A stretch of DNA of 40,148 nucleotides from the IMG/VR virus record IMGVR_UViG_3300016672_000107, positions 1 to 40,148 of that record; one strand, written 5' to 3'. Of the stretch, positions 17,664 through 27,070 are shown piece after piece (position 1 is the stretch's first letter; each line of letters opens with the position of its first letter). The notes beneath the pieces are model-generated. The model did no database searches. It saw only the letters and a list, made by a program, of their open reading frames with translations, and was not told the origin of the DNA. The translations under genes and the position numbers were made by a program. The DNA is from a virus (taxonomy: Duplodnaviria; Caudoviricetes).

Positions 17664-18340
17664 CGGCTCCGGGCCTTACCCCTCAAATGGAGGCGGCGCT
17701 CGCCGCGACTGATCCGCTTTGCGTGGCGCTCCTCGAGATCAACCTTCCCGGCTATGACTTGCGGGTATTGGATGGCGCATCCGAGGTCCGATGGCCGCGC
17801 GACGGCGAGGAGCTGACGTTCCTCGGCCGCGATCCGACCTATGGCAATTGGAGCGCGTCCGACGCTTTCGGCGACGGTATCGGGGACCAGGTCCCGGCGA
17901 TGGGATTCACGATGCAGCCTACGTCGATCGCGGACGCTGTCACCCTCACGGCTCCCGAGGTGCAAGGGTCGCGGTCGCGCGTGTGGTTCGCGGTTATCGA
18001 CAAGACAACCGGCGGCCTGGTCCCCGATCCCTATCTCCTATTCGAGGGCGAGCTGGACCAACCGACGCTCGGGTTCGACAAGGCAAAGCTCGAGCTGGAC
18101 TATTCGGTCGCGTCGGCGTTCGAGCGGTTGTTCCTCTCCGACGAAGGCAATCGGCTATCGGACGCCTTTCACCAGCTCCGATGGCCGGGCGAGCGCGGCC
18201 TGGAATACATGACGGGCCTGGTCCGCCAGGTCCTATGGGGGCCGGGCGATCGTCCCTCCGGGATTGCGTCGCTTAACGGTGGCGGCGGGACCGGCGGCGT
18301 CTCGATCGGCGGCCGCCAAGTATCGGTGGCGGCACAATGA
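17660..18340 (+). CDS. Tail tip/hub protein
   Basis: VQGSRSRVW; PDPYLLFEGELD; HQLRWPGERGLEY; synteny. Confidence 0.7.
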   Translation: MTAPGLTPQMEAALAATDPLCVALLEINLPGYDLRVLDGASEVRWPRDGEELTFLGRDPTYGNWSASDAFGDGIGDQVPAMGFTMQPTSIADAVTLTAPEVQGSRSRVWFAVIDKTTGGLVPDPYLLFEGELDQPTLGFDKAKLELDYSVASAFERLFLSDEGNRLSDAFHQLRWPGERGLEYMTGLVRQVLWGPGDRPSGIASLNGGGGTGGVSIGGRQVSVAAQ

Positions 18341-18813
18341 GCCGCGCCCTTCCCCCCGTTCCCCCGAAGGGCCGCAAGCGGACCGATCTCGAGCGGCGCG
18401 TGGACGCGACCAACGCCACAAAGGCGAAGTTCGACGGCCGAGCGTTTTCGTTTCGCCGGCAGGCCGATTGCGCGCGCCTGGTCGCGTTTCACATGCGGCA
18501 GCTCGGCCGCCCGCTACCGATCGCGGCGGCCGGGACCTGGACGAACGCGGACGGCGCTCGAGCTGCGCTCAAGCGGTTGGGCGTCTCGAGCATCCCCGAG
18601 CTGCTGGACCGCAACCTCGAGCGCATCCCGCTATCCCGCGCCCTGGTCGGCGATATCTTTCAAATGGAGGCCGAGCCGGGCGTCCTCGCCGACATTGGCG
18701 CTATGGCGATTTCCCTCGGGAACGGGACGGCATACGCCTATCACGAACACGCGCTCGGCCCGGTCCCGATGATCCTGGTCGAGCCTCCCCTGGCGGTTTG
18801 GAGGGCGCTTTGA
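18337..18813 (+). CDS. NlpC/P60-like tail assembly protein (DUF6950-like)
   Basis: FSF..ADCARLV; GDI; position equivalent to lambda K. Confidence 0.7.
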   Translation: MSRALPPVPPKGRKRTDLERRVDATNATKAKFDGRAFSFRRQADCARLVAFHMRQLGRPLPIAAAGTWTNADGARAALKRLGVSSIPELLDRNLERIPLSRALVGDIFQMEAEPGVLADIGAMAISLGNGTAYAYHEHALGPVPMILVEPPLAVWRAL

Positions 18814-21140
18814 AGGTAGTCGCAAAAGCGGCGTTGATCGTGGGCGCGGTGGCGGCGGTGGCGACAGGCGTCGGCGCGATCGTGGGCGCGACCGCGTTCG
18901 CCTCGCTCGGCCTCGGGGTCAGCCTGGCGACGATCTCCGCGATCGGAACCGTCGCCGGCCTGGTCGGGACGGTGGCGCAGTCCCTCTCGAAACCGAAAGC
19001 CGGCTCCGTCTCGGGGTCCCTTACGGATTTCAAGCTCGACCCGGCGGCGACGATACCGATCATGTTCGGCCGGACGTACAACGGCGGGAACGTCGTCCAC
19101 CGCGACACTTGGGGGACGGACAATCAATATCAGGGGTTCGTCGTCGTCTATTCGGGGTGCGGCCCGATCGGCTCGATCGAGCAATTCCAGGCCGACCGGA
19201 CGACGATCCCGTTCGACGGCAACGGAGCGGCGGCTGGCGGCGGGTTCGGACCTGGCGGGAAGGGTCCGTGGATGTGGTTCGGGTCGCAGATCGGGCAAAC
19301 GCCCGAGCCGGCGGCGCTGGCGTCCCCGGTGGCGGGGTTTCCGGGCTGGACGGCGGCTCACAAGCTATCCGGTTACGCGGCCGGCATCCTGGTCCTGAAG
19401 TTCGATAAAGACGGCAAGAAATACCAGGGCGGCGTCCCGAAAACCGGGATCGTCGGCGAGGGCGTCCGGGCCTGGGACCCGCGTCTCGATAGCACCTATC
19501 CCGGCGGCAATGGCCCTTCCCGGCGCGACAATCCCGCGACCTGGACGCCAACCCGCAACCCCTGGCTTATCGCCCTGCAGTTCGCGTTTGGCTGGTGGGA
19601 GAATGGCTATTTAGTCGGAGGCGTCGGCGCGCCCGGAACCTCGGTTATCGTCTCCGACTATGTCGCGGCCGCGAACGTCGCCGATGCGAACGGGTGGGAA
19701 GCCTCGGGCGTCCGCGCAACCGGCGATCCGAAATGGGATACGCTCAAGCTCCTATGCGAGGCCGGCGGCGGCGAGCCTGTATGGCTCGGCGCGGCGTTGT
19801 CCTGCATGGTTTCGACCCCGCGCGTCTCGGTCGCTACGATCACGACGGACGATTTACGCGGTCCCATTTCGATCGTGGGAACGCAGACGCGGCGCGGCGG
19901 CCGGGTGAACACGGGAATTCCGGTGTTCCGATCGGAGGCGCACGGGTGGGAGGAAATCCCCGCCTCGGCGATCACGGTCGCGACCTATGTCGCCGAGGAC
20001 GGCGGGACCCGGACGAAGGAAATCCCGTTCCGCCTGGTCGCGAACCTGGACCAGGCCGCGCAGCTCACGGCGTATAGCCTGGTCAACGGCCGGGAGTTCG
20101 GCCCGATCGAGACGAAGCTGGACCCCCGGTGGATCGGCCTCGCCCCCGGCATGGCGGTTGACCTGGACGTTCCCGAAGCTGGTCTATTCGGGCAACAGGC
20201 GATCGTTATCGCCCGCTCGATCGAGCCTGCGACGGGGTTGATCTCCGTCACGTTCAAGTCCGAGACGGCGGCGAAACACGCCTTTGCACTCGGAGCCTCG
20301 GCGGTTGCTCCTCCGACGCCATCCCTCGGCGCGCCGGACTATGCGACGGCTGCTGTCAATTACGAAACGGCCGGCCAGGCCGCGACGTACATCCGCAACT
20401 CGGCCGCGCGGAACGTCTCCCTCTCGGCGGCCGATGCTGGCGACGGGACCGCGACGATCTCGATCTCGGCGCATGTCCGGGACTATCCCGATCGCGACCT
20501 AGCGATCCCGGCGGCGACGTTGACCGGCGCGCCGCTCGATACCTCGGCGGTCCTGGTCTATTACGACGACGTCGGACGGTCCGACACGACGCCTGATTAT
20601 CATTGGACCCTGGATTACGAGGAGGCGGTAAACTCCGTCACTTATCCTTATCGGCATTACGTCGGTCTAGTCCCGACCCCGGCGGCGGGTGGACAGCCGA
20701 CCGATGGCGATCCGCCTCCCTACCCTGGCGGCGGCGGGTATTGCGTCCATGAGGATACGATGATCCTCCTCGAGGACGGGGCGTGGATACGCGCGGCCGA
20801 GCTGCGGCCAGGGATGCTGGTCCGTACCCTTCGGGAGGACGACCTGGCCGAGGGTGTATGGCCCGTGTCGGCCGTCAAGGTAGTCCCTTGCTCCGATGCT
20901 TGGCGCTACTCGAACCCGGACGCGATAGTCGCCGAGGGCGCGGTGGCGGCCCTAGTCGGCAGCGGCGGGCATAGGGTATGGGCAGATGGCGATTGGCGTC
21001 GGCTGGATCAAGTCGGCGTTCGCTCGGAAGCATGTAACGTGGTGGCGATTTCGGTCCCTGGTGCGCGGACGTATGTTTCCAATGGATTGCTATCCCACAA
21101 TATCAAAATGGCCGAACCTAACGTGCCGAACGCGGAGTAG
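18810..21140 (+). CDS. Central tail fibre / host-specificity (J-like) protein with C-terminal Hint domain
   Basis: TTG start overlapping the upstream TGA; IPIMFGRT; HKLSGYA; G.RAWDPRLDSTYPGG; NPWLIAL; AANVAD; Hint at the C-terminus. Confidence 0.88.
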   Translation: MKVVAKAALIVGAVAAVATGVGAIVGATAFASLGLGVSLATISAIGTVAGLVGTVAQSLSKPKAGSVSGSLTDFKLDPAATIPIMFGRTYNGGNVVHRDTWGTDNQYQGFVVVYSGCGPIGSIEQFQADRTTIPFDGNGAAAGGGFGPGGKGPWMWFGSQIGQTPEPAALASPVAGFPGWTAAHKLSGYAAGILVLKFDKDGKKYQGGVPKTGIVGEGVRAWDPRLDSTYPGGNGPSRRDNPATWTPTRNPWLIALQFAFGWWENGYLVGGVGAPGTSVIVSDYVAAANVADANGWEASGVRATGDPKWDTLKLLCEAGGGEPVWLGAALSCMVSTPRVSVATITTDDLRGPISIVGTQTRRGGRVNTGIPVFRSEAHGWEEIPASAITVATYVAEDGGTRTKEIPFRLVANLDQAAQLTAYSLVNGREFGPIETKLDPRWIGLAPGMAVDLDVPEAGLFGQQAIVIARSIEPATGLISVTFKSETAAKHAFALGASAVAPPTPSLGAPDYATAAVNYETAGQAATYIRNSAARNVSLSAADAGDGTATISISAHVRDYPDRDLAIPAATLTGAPLDTSAVLVYYDDVGRSDTTPDYHWTLDYEEAVNSVTYPYRHYVGLVPTPAAGGQPTDGDPPPYPGGGGYCVHEDTMILLEDGAWIRAAELRPGMLVRTLREDDLAEGVWPVSAVKVVPCSDAWRYSNPDAIVAEGAVAALVGSGGHRVWADGDWRRLDQVGVRSEACNVVAISVPGARTYVSNGLLSHNIKMAEPNVPNAE
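20742..21101 (+). other. Hint (intein-like) domain, 120 aa, within the tail-tip protein
   Basis: CVHEDTMILLEDG..IRAAELRPGMLV; SGGHRVW; TYVSNGLLSHN followed by Ile. Confidence 0.88.
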
Positions 21141-21145
21141 AACCG

Positions 21146-21526
21146 ATGATTAGAGCCGCTTACGCGCCGATCCGTAATCCACGTCACCAGGCCTTGAGCA
21201 TAGACGTATTGGTTCCCGGATTTGATATGTCGGGGCAGGCCCCGTCCTTTCAAATTCGGGAAAACCCGGAGTCTCCGGCCGCGCTGGTTTCCCTTTATCG
21301 GGCCGACGCGCCCGGACTAGCCGGCGTTTTCCTGGACGTGACGTTTGATGAACAGGGAATACCGACGACACAGATCCTTGTGACTGTCACACGGGCGATT
21401 ATCGAGGGGCTTCCACAAGCGCGGCCGATAGGAAGCGACTTGCGAGCTTTTTATGGGCTAAAGATGGACGGCCTCGAGCTGTTCGGAGGCCCTATCACTT
21501 TGGAGGCGCAGGCAAATCATGGCTGA
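21146..21526 (+). CDS. Hypothetical protein, probable tailspike adaptor
   Basis: Beta-rich 126 aa between tail tip and tailspike; overlaps the spike start. Confidence 0.6.
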   Translation: MIRAAYAPIRNPRHQALSIDVLVPGFDMSGQAPSFQIRENPESPAALVSLYRADAPGLAGVFLDVTFDEQGIPTTQILVTVTRAIIEGLPQARPIGSDLRAFYGLKMDGLELFGGPITLEAQANHG

Positions 21527-24005
21527 CTTTATCCTTGCGATCGAGAACGGTCGCGCTGTCCTCAAGGTCGAGGGTTCCGATCTACTGGTCCCGCTTGTCG
21601 CTCAAGCTCGATCGGCCGCGACGTCGGCGGCTGATTACCGGGATCAATCGAGCGTAAACGCGGCTCAAGCCGGACTATCGGCCGCCACAGCGGCCGGGTT
21701 CGTCGGAGGGGTTCTTTACGACACGGCGGCGGCCGGCCTGGCGGCAACGCCTGCGAACGGCTTTTTTGCTGTCGTGGGCGACACGGCTTCGACCTACGCG
21801 ATCCTTTATCAAAAGGTGAATGGAGCGGCTGTCGAGAAAACGCGGTTTGCTGGTGGAGCTGCAGTCGCCGGTTTCGGCAGCGCGCGTGTCACGATCCTTG
21901 CCTCTTTGACCAATGGCGCGGCCGAGGAACAGGCACGTCTCCAGGCGGCGGCGGACGCGATCCCCAATCATGCCTCGATAATTCTCCTCGGCGAATGGCT
22001 TCTCGGCGCGAAAGTGGAGATCAAGAACAAGGTAGGCGTGAGGATTATCGGCCTCGGCGCGCGTGTAAAGCTGGCCGCAAAGGCATGGGCGCTCGGAGTA
22101 AATCGGGATTGTGGTCTGCTGTTCCGCGATTGCGACGGTGTCCATCTTGAGGGTGTTTCGTTCAACTGCAACGGCGCGGCTTTTCGGGCGGGCGGTTGGC
22201 AAGGGGTTCCCGCTGTTGGTGCGATCTCCACGGCCACGGGAGCATTCGCCGGCAATCTCGCCCCTAAAACCTGCAAAGACGTGACGGTCGATAACTGCTC
22301 TTTTCGCGATGCCTATACCCGATGCATTGCGGTCCGTTCCGTCGTGGGGATCACAATCCGCGATTGCCGGTTTCGGTTGAAATCCGGCGGCGGCGCGCAA
22401 TTTGTCGAGATCGCCCGCTCCGACCTAATCCGAGTATCCGGCAATGACTTTGACGAGTATGTAGATACCAGCGGTATCGACACTTACGGTTCGCACGTCG
22501 CGATAAGCCCCGGCATCTGCTATGTGGATGACGTACAGGCCGAGCTTTGCACTACGCCCGCAATCCATTGGGCGTGTATTCCGTATTACACGACAAAGCT
22601 CGAGGGTACGGCTCCGGTCGATCAAGGGACCTGGGTGCTTAGCTTCGCTGGTGGAGACGACACATCGCCGGGAGGATACGACTATTCGGCGAATAGCTGG
22701 TTTTTTACTTGCCTGGATCGCAACGGCTGGTTTGACGTACCGAGCGAGCAAATTGAAGTCGTCGCCACTGACAACGCCAACAAGACAGTTTCTCTAAAGC
22801 TCCGAAATATCGACAACAGCGGCTATCAAAATTGGAAGGGCCAGCGTTTCCGCGCTTACTCTATCAATACGGCGCGCTTCTGTCGGGACGTTCGGATCGA
22901 GGGAAACTCTTTCGGGTCCTCGAGCGGAGCGGGAGTGTTTCTGCTCGGCTGCAAGGGTTATGTCGTGACCGGCAATGTCGCCAGGGACAACAATGATATC
23001 GGCCTGGACGCGGAATGGTCGATGGATGGAACGATTACCGGAAACACCATCCTCAATAGCCGCGAAGTCAACATGGCTATCTGTGTTCTCTATTTCATGC
23101 GGAACGTCGCGGTCGTCGGTAACACGATGAACAGCGCGCCTGGCGTGGACGCGGGAATAGAGCTTCTCGCGAACCATGAGGTTTGCGGAAATATCACGAT
23201 CGCAAACAATGTAATCGTTAGGGGTAACATCACCTTCACCTCACTATCCGGCAAGTCGATAGTCATGGACGGACTGACGATTGAAGGTAATTCGATCACG
23301 ATGGGCAACGGGGTTGCCCTGTTCTCTGGCGGTCCTAACGGGACTGACAAATATAGCCTCCGACATGTATCAATCAGGTTCAACCGCTTTCACCGTATCC
23401 TCCATTCTGCGATCACGTTGGGATCGGCGTATGACGTACAGATTGAGGGTAACTCTCTCTACACGTCGAGCTACAACGGGTTCGTCAACCTGGTCAGCTC
23501 CGGCGAGACTTACGATCGGATAAATATCGAGCGTAATCGCATGTCGGATACCTATGTGGAATGGATCGGCATCCCGTTTGTTCGTTATAGTGCTGGGGGC
23601 AATGGTCCGCAGCATCCGGCGATCACGTTTTCGGCGAATTTCAATATGGACGAAGGGATCGCGCAAACAACCGCTGGCGGGAACCAGCTACCAATGAACC
23701 GGCCGCTGTACGGGAAGGCCGGCTCGGATACTTATCCGGCGATGGCACGGGGCGAGCTGCAGTTCGGCTATAACGTCCCACAAATCGGAGCTGGCGCTAC
23801 CTTGACCATTGGGCCGTTCACGATCCGAGGCGCGCGGTATGGGGACCGGGTGGCGGCCTGGTGCCTAGAGCAAATGGATGGGATCATGGTCGCAGCTCGG
23901 ATGCAGCCCGGCGTCGAGGCGTGTTATGTCACCCTTACCAATGTCACACCCGGCGCGATCACGCCCGGAGCGCATAATTTCGGCCTCCGCGCCGAGCTGC
24001 ACTAG
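21519..24005 (+). CDS. Tailspike / receptor-binding protein with right-handed parallel beta-helix (putative depolymerase)
   Basis: N-terminal anchor YDTAAAGLAAT..NGFFAV; repeated VRIEGNSF, VTGNVA, TITGNTI, ITIANNVI, LTIEGNSI, VQIEGNSL; lower GC. Confidence 0.88.
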   Translation: MADFILAIENGRAVLKVEGSDLLVPLVAQARSAATSAADYRDQSSVNAAQAGLSAATAAGFVGGVLYDTAAAGLAATPANGFFAVVGDTASTYAILYQKVNGAAVEKTRFAGGAAVAGFGSARVTILASLTNGAAEEQARLQAAADAIPNHASIILLGEWLLGAKVEIKNKVGVRIIGLGARVKLAAKAWALGVNRDCGLLFRDCDGVHLEGVSFNCNGAAFRAGGWQGVPAVGAISTATGAFAGNLAPKTCKDVTVDNCSFRDAYTRCIAVRSVVGITIRDCRFRLKSGGGAQFVEIARSDLIRVSGNDFDEYVDTSGIDTYGSHVAISPGICYVDDVQAELCTTPAIHWACIPYYTTKLEGTAPVDQGTWVLSFAGGDDTSPGGYDYSANSWFFTCLDRNGWFDVPSEQIEVVATDNANKTVSLKLRNIDNSGYQNWKGQRFRAYSINTARFCRDVRIEGNSFGSSSGAGVFLLGCKGYVVTGNVARDNNDIGLDAEWSMDGTITGNTILNSREVNMAICVLYFMRNVAVVGNTMNSAPGVDAGIELLANHEVCGNITIANNVIVRGNITFTSLSGKSIVMDGLTIEGNSITMGNGVALFSGGPNGTDKYSLRHVSIRFNRFHRILHSAITLGSAYDVQIEGNSLYTSSYNGFVNLVSSGETYDRINIERNRMSDTYVEWIGIPFVRYSAGGNGPQHPAITFSANFNMDEGIAQTTAGGNQLPMNRPLYGKAGSDTYPAMARGELQFGYNVPQIGAGATLTIGPFTIRGARYGDRVAAWCLEQMDGIMVAARMQPGVEACYVTLTNVTPGAITPGAHNFGLRAELH

Positions 24006-24014
24006 GAGGCAACA

Positions 24015-24206
24015 ATGGACGATGAGGAAAAGACAAAGCGCGCAAGGGAAATCGGCAGGCTGCTCCGCGCTCTAGGTATTGTCGTGAACCAAGAGCAGGC
24101 GGTTAAGCTGATCGAGACGCGGTCGCGTAAGCCGTTCGCTGACTTGGATGTTCACCCGATGTTGATCGATGCGGCCGAGGCCGCCCTAGCCTCGGCGCGC
24201 GGATAA
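24015..24206 (+). CDS. Hypothetical protein (63 aa)
   Basis: AGGAGG RBS before ATG 24015. Confidence 0.6.
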   Translation: MDDEEKTKRAREIGRLLRALGIVVNQEQAVKLIETRSRKPFADLDVHPMLIDAAEAALASARG

Positions 24207-24268
24207 GCCATTGCCGGAACAAAGGGGGAGCTGATATGTCCTGGTCCCGATCCTAGAAAGGGACCGAC

Positions 24269-24844
24269 ATGACAGCTCCCCCGAGCCTCTCGAACAACCT
24301 CGCCGATGCGCCTTCTAACGTCGCCGAGCTGGTCGCCTCGAACAATCTCCCGACGACGTTCCACGGGGACGCGCTCCTCTACGGAGTGAACCTCGGCCTT
24401 ATGACGACCTTTACCTGTCTCGGCGTTATCGTCGTCGGATGGCTCGGCATGTCGCTGTTCGCGCATCGGAAATACGATCTCCCCCTCGATCCCGTCACCC
24501 TTTATCGCGGGTCCTGGTTATGCGCCGGGATCGGCCTCACGATCCGATGCGGCGCGCAGGCGGCAGCCCTGTGGGCGTGGGACCCGAAGGCCGCAAAGAC
24601 GGCGGCGGCGGTCCTCACGGTCCAACGCTACCTCGACCCCCTTTCCCTGGTCTTTGCGGCGGGCTGGCTTGTCCTCCTTACGCTGTCATATCCGGCGATG
24701 ATCTCGCAGCTCCGTAAGCGGCCCTATCCTGTCGAAATGCTGTCGCGTCTCCCGTCCCTCAAGCGGCCGGCGCTTGTCGTTCTCATGTCCTTTGCGGCGG
24801 CCGCCCTGGTTGCCTGGTTAAAGGCAAGCGCGGGGGTTGCGTGA
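24269..24844 (+). CDS. Multi-pass membrane protein (holin/antiholin candidate)
   Basis: About 4 hydrophobic segments; first gene of the lysis block. Confidence 0.6.
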   Translation: MTAPPSLSNNLADAPSNVAELVASNNLPTTFHGDALLYGVNLGLMTTFTCLGVIVVGWLGMSLFAHRKYDLPLDPVTLYRGSWLCAGIGLTIRCGAQAAALWAWDPKAAKTAAAVLTVQRYLDPLSLVFAAGWLVLLTLSYPAMISQLRKRPYPVEMLSRLPSLKRPALVVLMSFAAAALVAWLKASAGVA

Positions 24845-25263
24845 TGATGCGTGTGGGGGCTGTAGGATCGGCGGCGGCGGCCGTCGTTGCGGCGGCCGCG
24901 CCGGATAAGGCCGGCGTCGTCATGTGGTCGTTCCTCGGGATGCCGTTCGCCGCGCCGAGCATGGTCGCGGCGCTGTTCGGTTGCACGGTGACGCGGGTTA
25001 TCGTCGGCATGACGTCCGACAAGTCTAGCCCTCGGCTGGTCCGAATTCCGGTCGATATCCTGGCGATCGGCGTCACGTTCTTTTTCGTCGTGGAGCGTTC
25101 GCCCGAGCTGTTCGCCGCGCTCGGCTCCGGGATATTCATCGGGACGCTTGGCGCGACGATAATCAAGATTGCGGAGCGATGGGGGGACAAGGCCCTCTCC
25201 GTCATCCTCCCGTCCGTCCCGCCCGCGCCTGGCGCGCCTCCCCCCTCTCCTCCGGCCCCGTAA
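24841..25263 (+). CDS. Membrane protein (holin candidate)
   Basis: About 3 hydrophobic segments; directly upstream of the endolysin. Confidence 0.6.
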   Translation: MMMRVGAVGSAAAAVVAAAAPDKAGVVMWSFLGMPFAAPSMVAALFGCTVTRVIVGMTSDKSSPRLVRIPVDILAIGVTFFFVVERSPELFAALGSGIFIGTLGATIIKIAERWGDKALSVILPSVPPAPGAPPPSPPAP

Positions 25264-25273
25264 GGACCCGACC

Positions 25274-25879
25274 ATGACGACGATTACCGACGACAATTTC
25301 GTCCGCCTGTTCCAGGAGCTGCACGGCCTCAAGGTGGACGGGTGGGCCGGCCTCGAGACGGTCGCGAAGCTCCGCGCGACCGCGCCGGCCGCGCCTGTCC
25401 CGGCCTCGCCCGCGATCGTCCTCCCCGATGCGTATTGGCCGCTCCTGGCGAAGATCGAAAGCGCCGGGAACCCGAAGGCGAAAGCGTCCACCTCGAGCGC
25501 GTCCGGCCTTTATCAGTTCATCCGCGCGACCTGGATCGGCGAGGGCGGATCGTGGGGGACGGATATGTCGAAGCCATTCGGCGGCCTGGTCCCGTACCCG
25601 ACCGAGGCCGAGCAGCTCGAGCGCGCGAAGTCGTTCACGATGAAAAACGCGCGCTACCTGGTCGCGAAGGGTGTCCCGATCAATCCGGCCTCCCTCTACG
25701 CGGCTCATTTCCTCGGCCCCGTGACGGCGGCGGCCGTGATCGGCGCGGACGTCAAAGCGAGCGCGGAGAAGCTCGCCGGCCCGGCAGCGACGGCGGCGAA
25801 CAAGTCGATCCTGGAAGGAAAGACGGTCGCCGAGTTCCTTTCCTGGTTGAACCGCAAAACCGGCTATTGGGCGCGGTAG
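25274..25879 (+). CDS. Endolysin: short peptidoglycan-binding motif plus lysozyme-like/SLT domain
   Basis: FQELHGLKVDGWAGLET (PG-binding); KIESAGNP.A....SASGLYQF...TW; LYAAHFLG. Confidence 0.85.
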   Translation: MTTITDDNFVRLFQELHGLKVDGWAGLETVAKLRATAPAAPVPASPAIVLPDAYWPLLAKIESAGNPKAKASTSSASGLYQFIRATWIGEGGSWGTDMSKPFGGLVPYPTEAEQLERAKSFTMKNARYLVAKGVPINPASLYAAHFLGPVTAAAVIGADVKASAEKLAGPAATAANKSILEGKTVAEFLSWLNRKTGYWAR

Positions 25880-25880
25880 G

Positions 25881-26612
25881 ATGGCCGACCGGCTCCTCCG
25901 GCTCCCGTATAACGTCCGGCAACGCCTCGGCGCTATGTCGGACGTCCCGGACGCCCTGGATCGGCTGAATAAGTCGATCCAGGGCCTCACGGGCCGGACG
26001 ACGACGGCGGAGGGGACGCTGGCGAACCTGGTCGGCCGAACCGGGACGGCCGAGACGGATATCGCGGCGATCAAGACGAACGCGAACACGACCGCGCTGC
26101 AGCTCGGCCTCGCCCTGCAGGCGATCACGTCGCTTCAAGCGACGTCGCCGGTATTCCTGGCGGGAACCTATACAATCGCGCAGCTCCCCGACGCGGCCGC
26201 AAACGTCGGCAAGTATGCGACAGTCACAGATCTATGGGGAGACGGGACGCGGGACGTCGTCCTCGCCTCAAGCTCGATGGTCGCGGGCGTCCGGCAGTCC
26301 TACTGGAAACCGCTTCGGCCGACATCGGCGCAATCGCAATCGGTCGCGGCGGCCGACGTCACCCTCGCCCCGCTGGTCAACGGCCAGGTCCAGTTTCTAA
26401 CCGGCGCGATCGGAGCGGGCATCGCGCGCAAGGTAAACCTGTCTGTCGCGCGGGCCTGGCCTGGCGCGATGTTCGAGATCGCCTTTGACGGAACGCTCAG
26501 CCTCTCCTCGGTTCTCAATATCGCCGGGACCGGCCTCGGGAGCCTGGTCGGGATGATCGTCGGCAACCGTCGCCGGTTCGTGTTCGACCAGGGGGCGTGG
26601 AAACAGTTCTAG
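25881..26612 (+). CDS. Hypothetical protein, coiled coil plus fibre-like domain
   Basis: Heptad region LTGRTTTAEGTLANLVGRTGTAETDIAAIKT; YTIAQLPDAAANVG. Confidence 0.65.
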   Translation: MADRLLRLPYNVRQRLGAMSDVPDALDRLNKSIQGLTGRTTTAEGTLANLVGRTGTAETDIAAIKTNANTTALQLGLALQAITSLQATSPVFLAGTYTIAQLPDAAANVGKYATVTDLWGDGTRDVVLASSSMVAGVRQSYWKPLRPTSAQSQSVAAADVTLAPLVNGQVQFLTGAIGAGIARKVNLSVARAWPGAMFEIAFDGTLSLSSVLNIAGTGLGSLVGMIVGNRRRFVFDQGAWKQF

Positions 26613-26665
26613 CCTCGGTCTATGGTCCTCCCCGCGCCGATCCCGGCGCGTCCCAGGGAGGTCCT

Positions 26666-27070
26666 ATGTATCGTGTGATCCTTATCGCGGCGGCCGCGCT
26701 CGGCTTGTCCGCTTGTGCGATGGCCCCGTCCGGTAGCGTCGCTTCGCCTGGCGCGACCGCGCCGGTTCCCGTCACCTCGCCGACCCCTGTCGCGTCCACG
26801 GTGGACAAGGCGGCCGAGGCGGCGGCGCGCGCGGACGTCGCGGTCGATCGCGCCTGGACGGCGTATGTCGCGATCCGCAACGTCGCCGAGCTGGTCGTCC
26901 CGTTTCTGTCGCCGACCCGCGCCGCGAACGTCCGCGCGATCGAGGCGACGGTGGAGAGGGCGTTCGCGCGCGCTCGAGCTGCAACGGACCTGGCGGTGAA
27001 GGCGGCCGAGCTGGCGAACGCGGCCCAGGCGGCCGCGTCGCTTGAGGCCCTGACGACCGACCCGGATTAA
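26666..27070 (+). CDS. Lipoprotein (spanin-like candidate)
   Basis: GGAGG RBS; signal peptide MYRVILIAAAALGLSA-C with lipobox; end of the lysis block. Confidence 0.7.
   Translation: MYRVILIAAAALGLSACAMAPSGSVASPGATAPVPVTSPTPVASTVDKAAEAAARADVAVDRAWTAYVAIRNVAELVVPFLSPTRAANVRAIEATVERAFARARAATDLAVKAAELANAAQAAASLEALTTDPD

Noticed and set aside
20742-21101. Canonical splicing intein with homing endonuclease
   Set aside because: The +1 residue is Ile, there are no LAGLIDADG motifs, and the C-extein is only 12 aa
21519-24005. Diversity-generating retroelement or invertible tail-fibre cassette
   Set aside because: No reverse transcriptase, invertase or template/variable repeat pair seen
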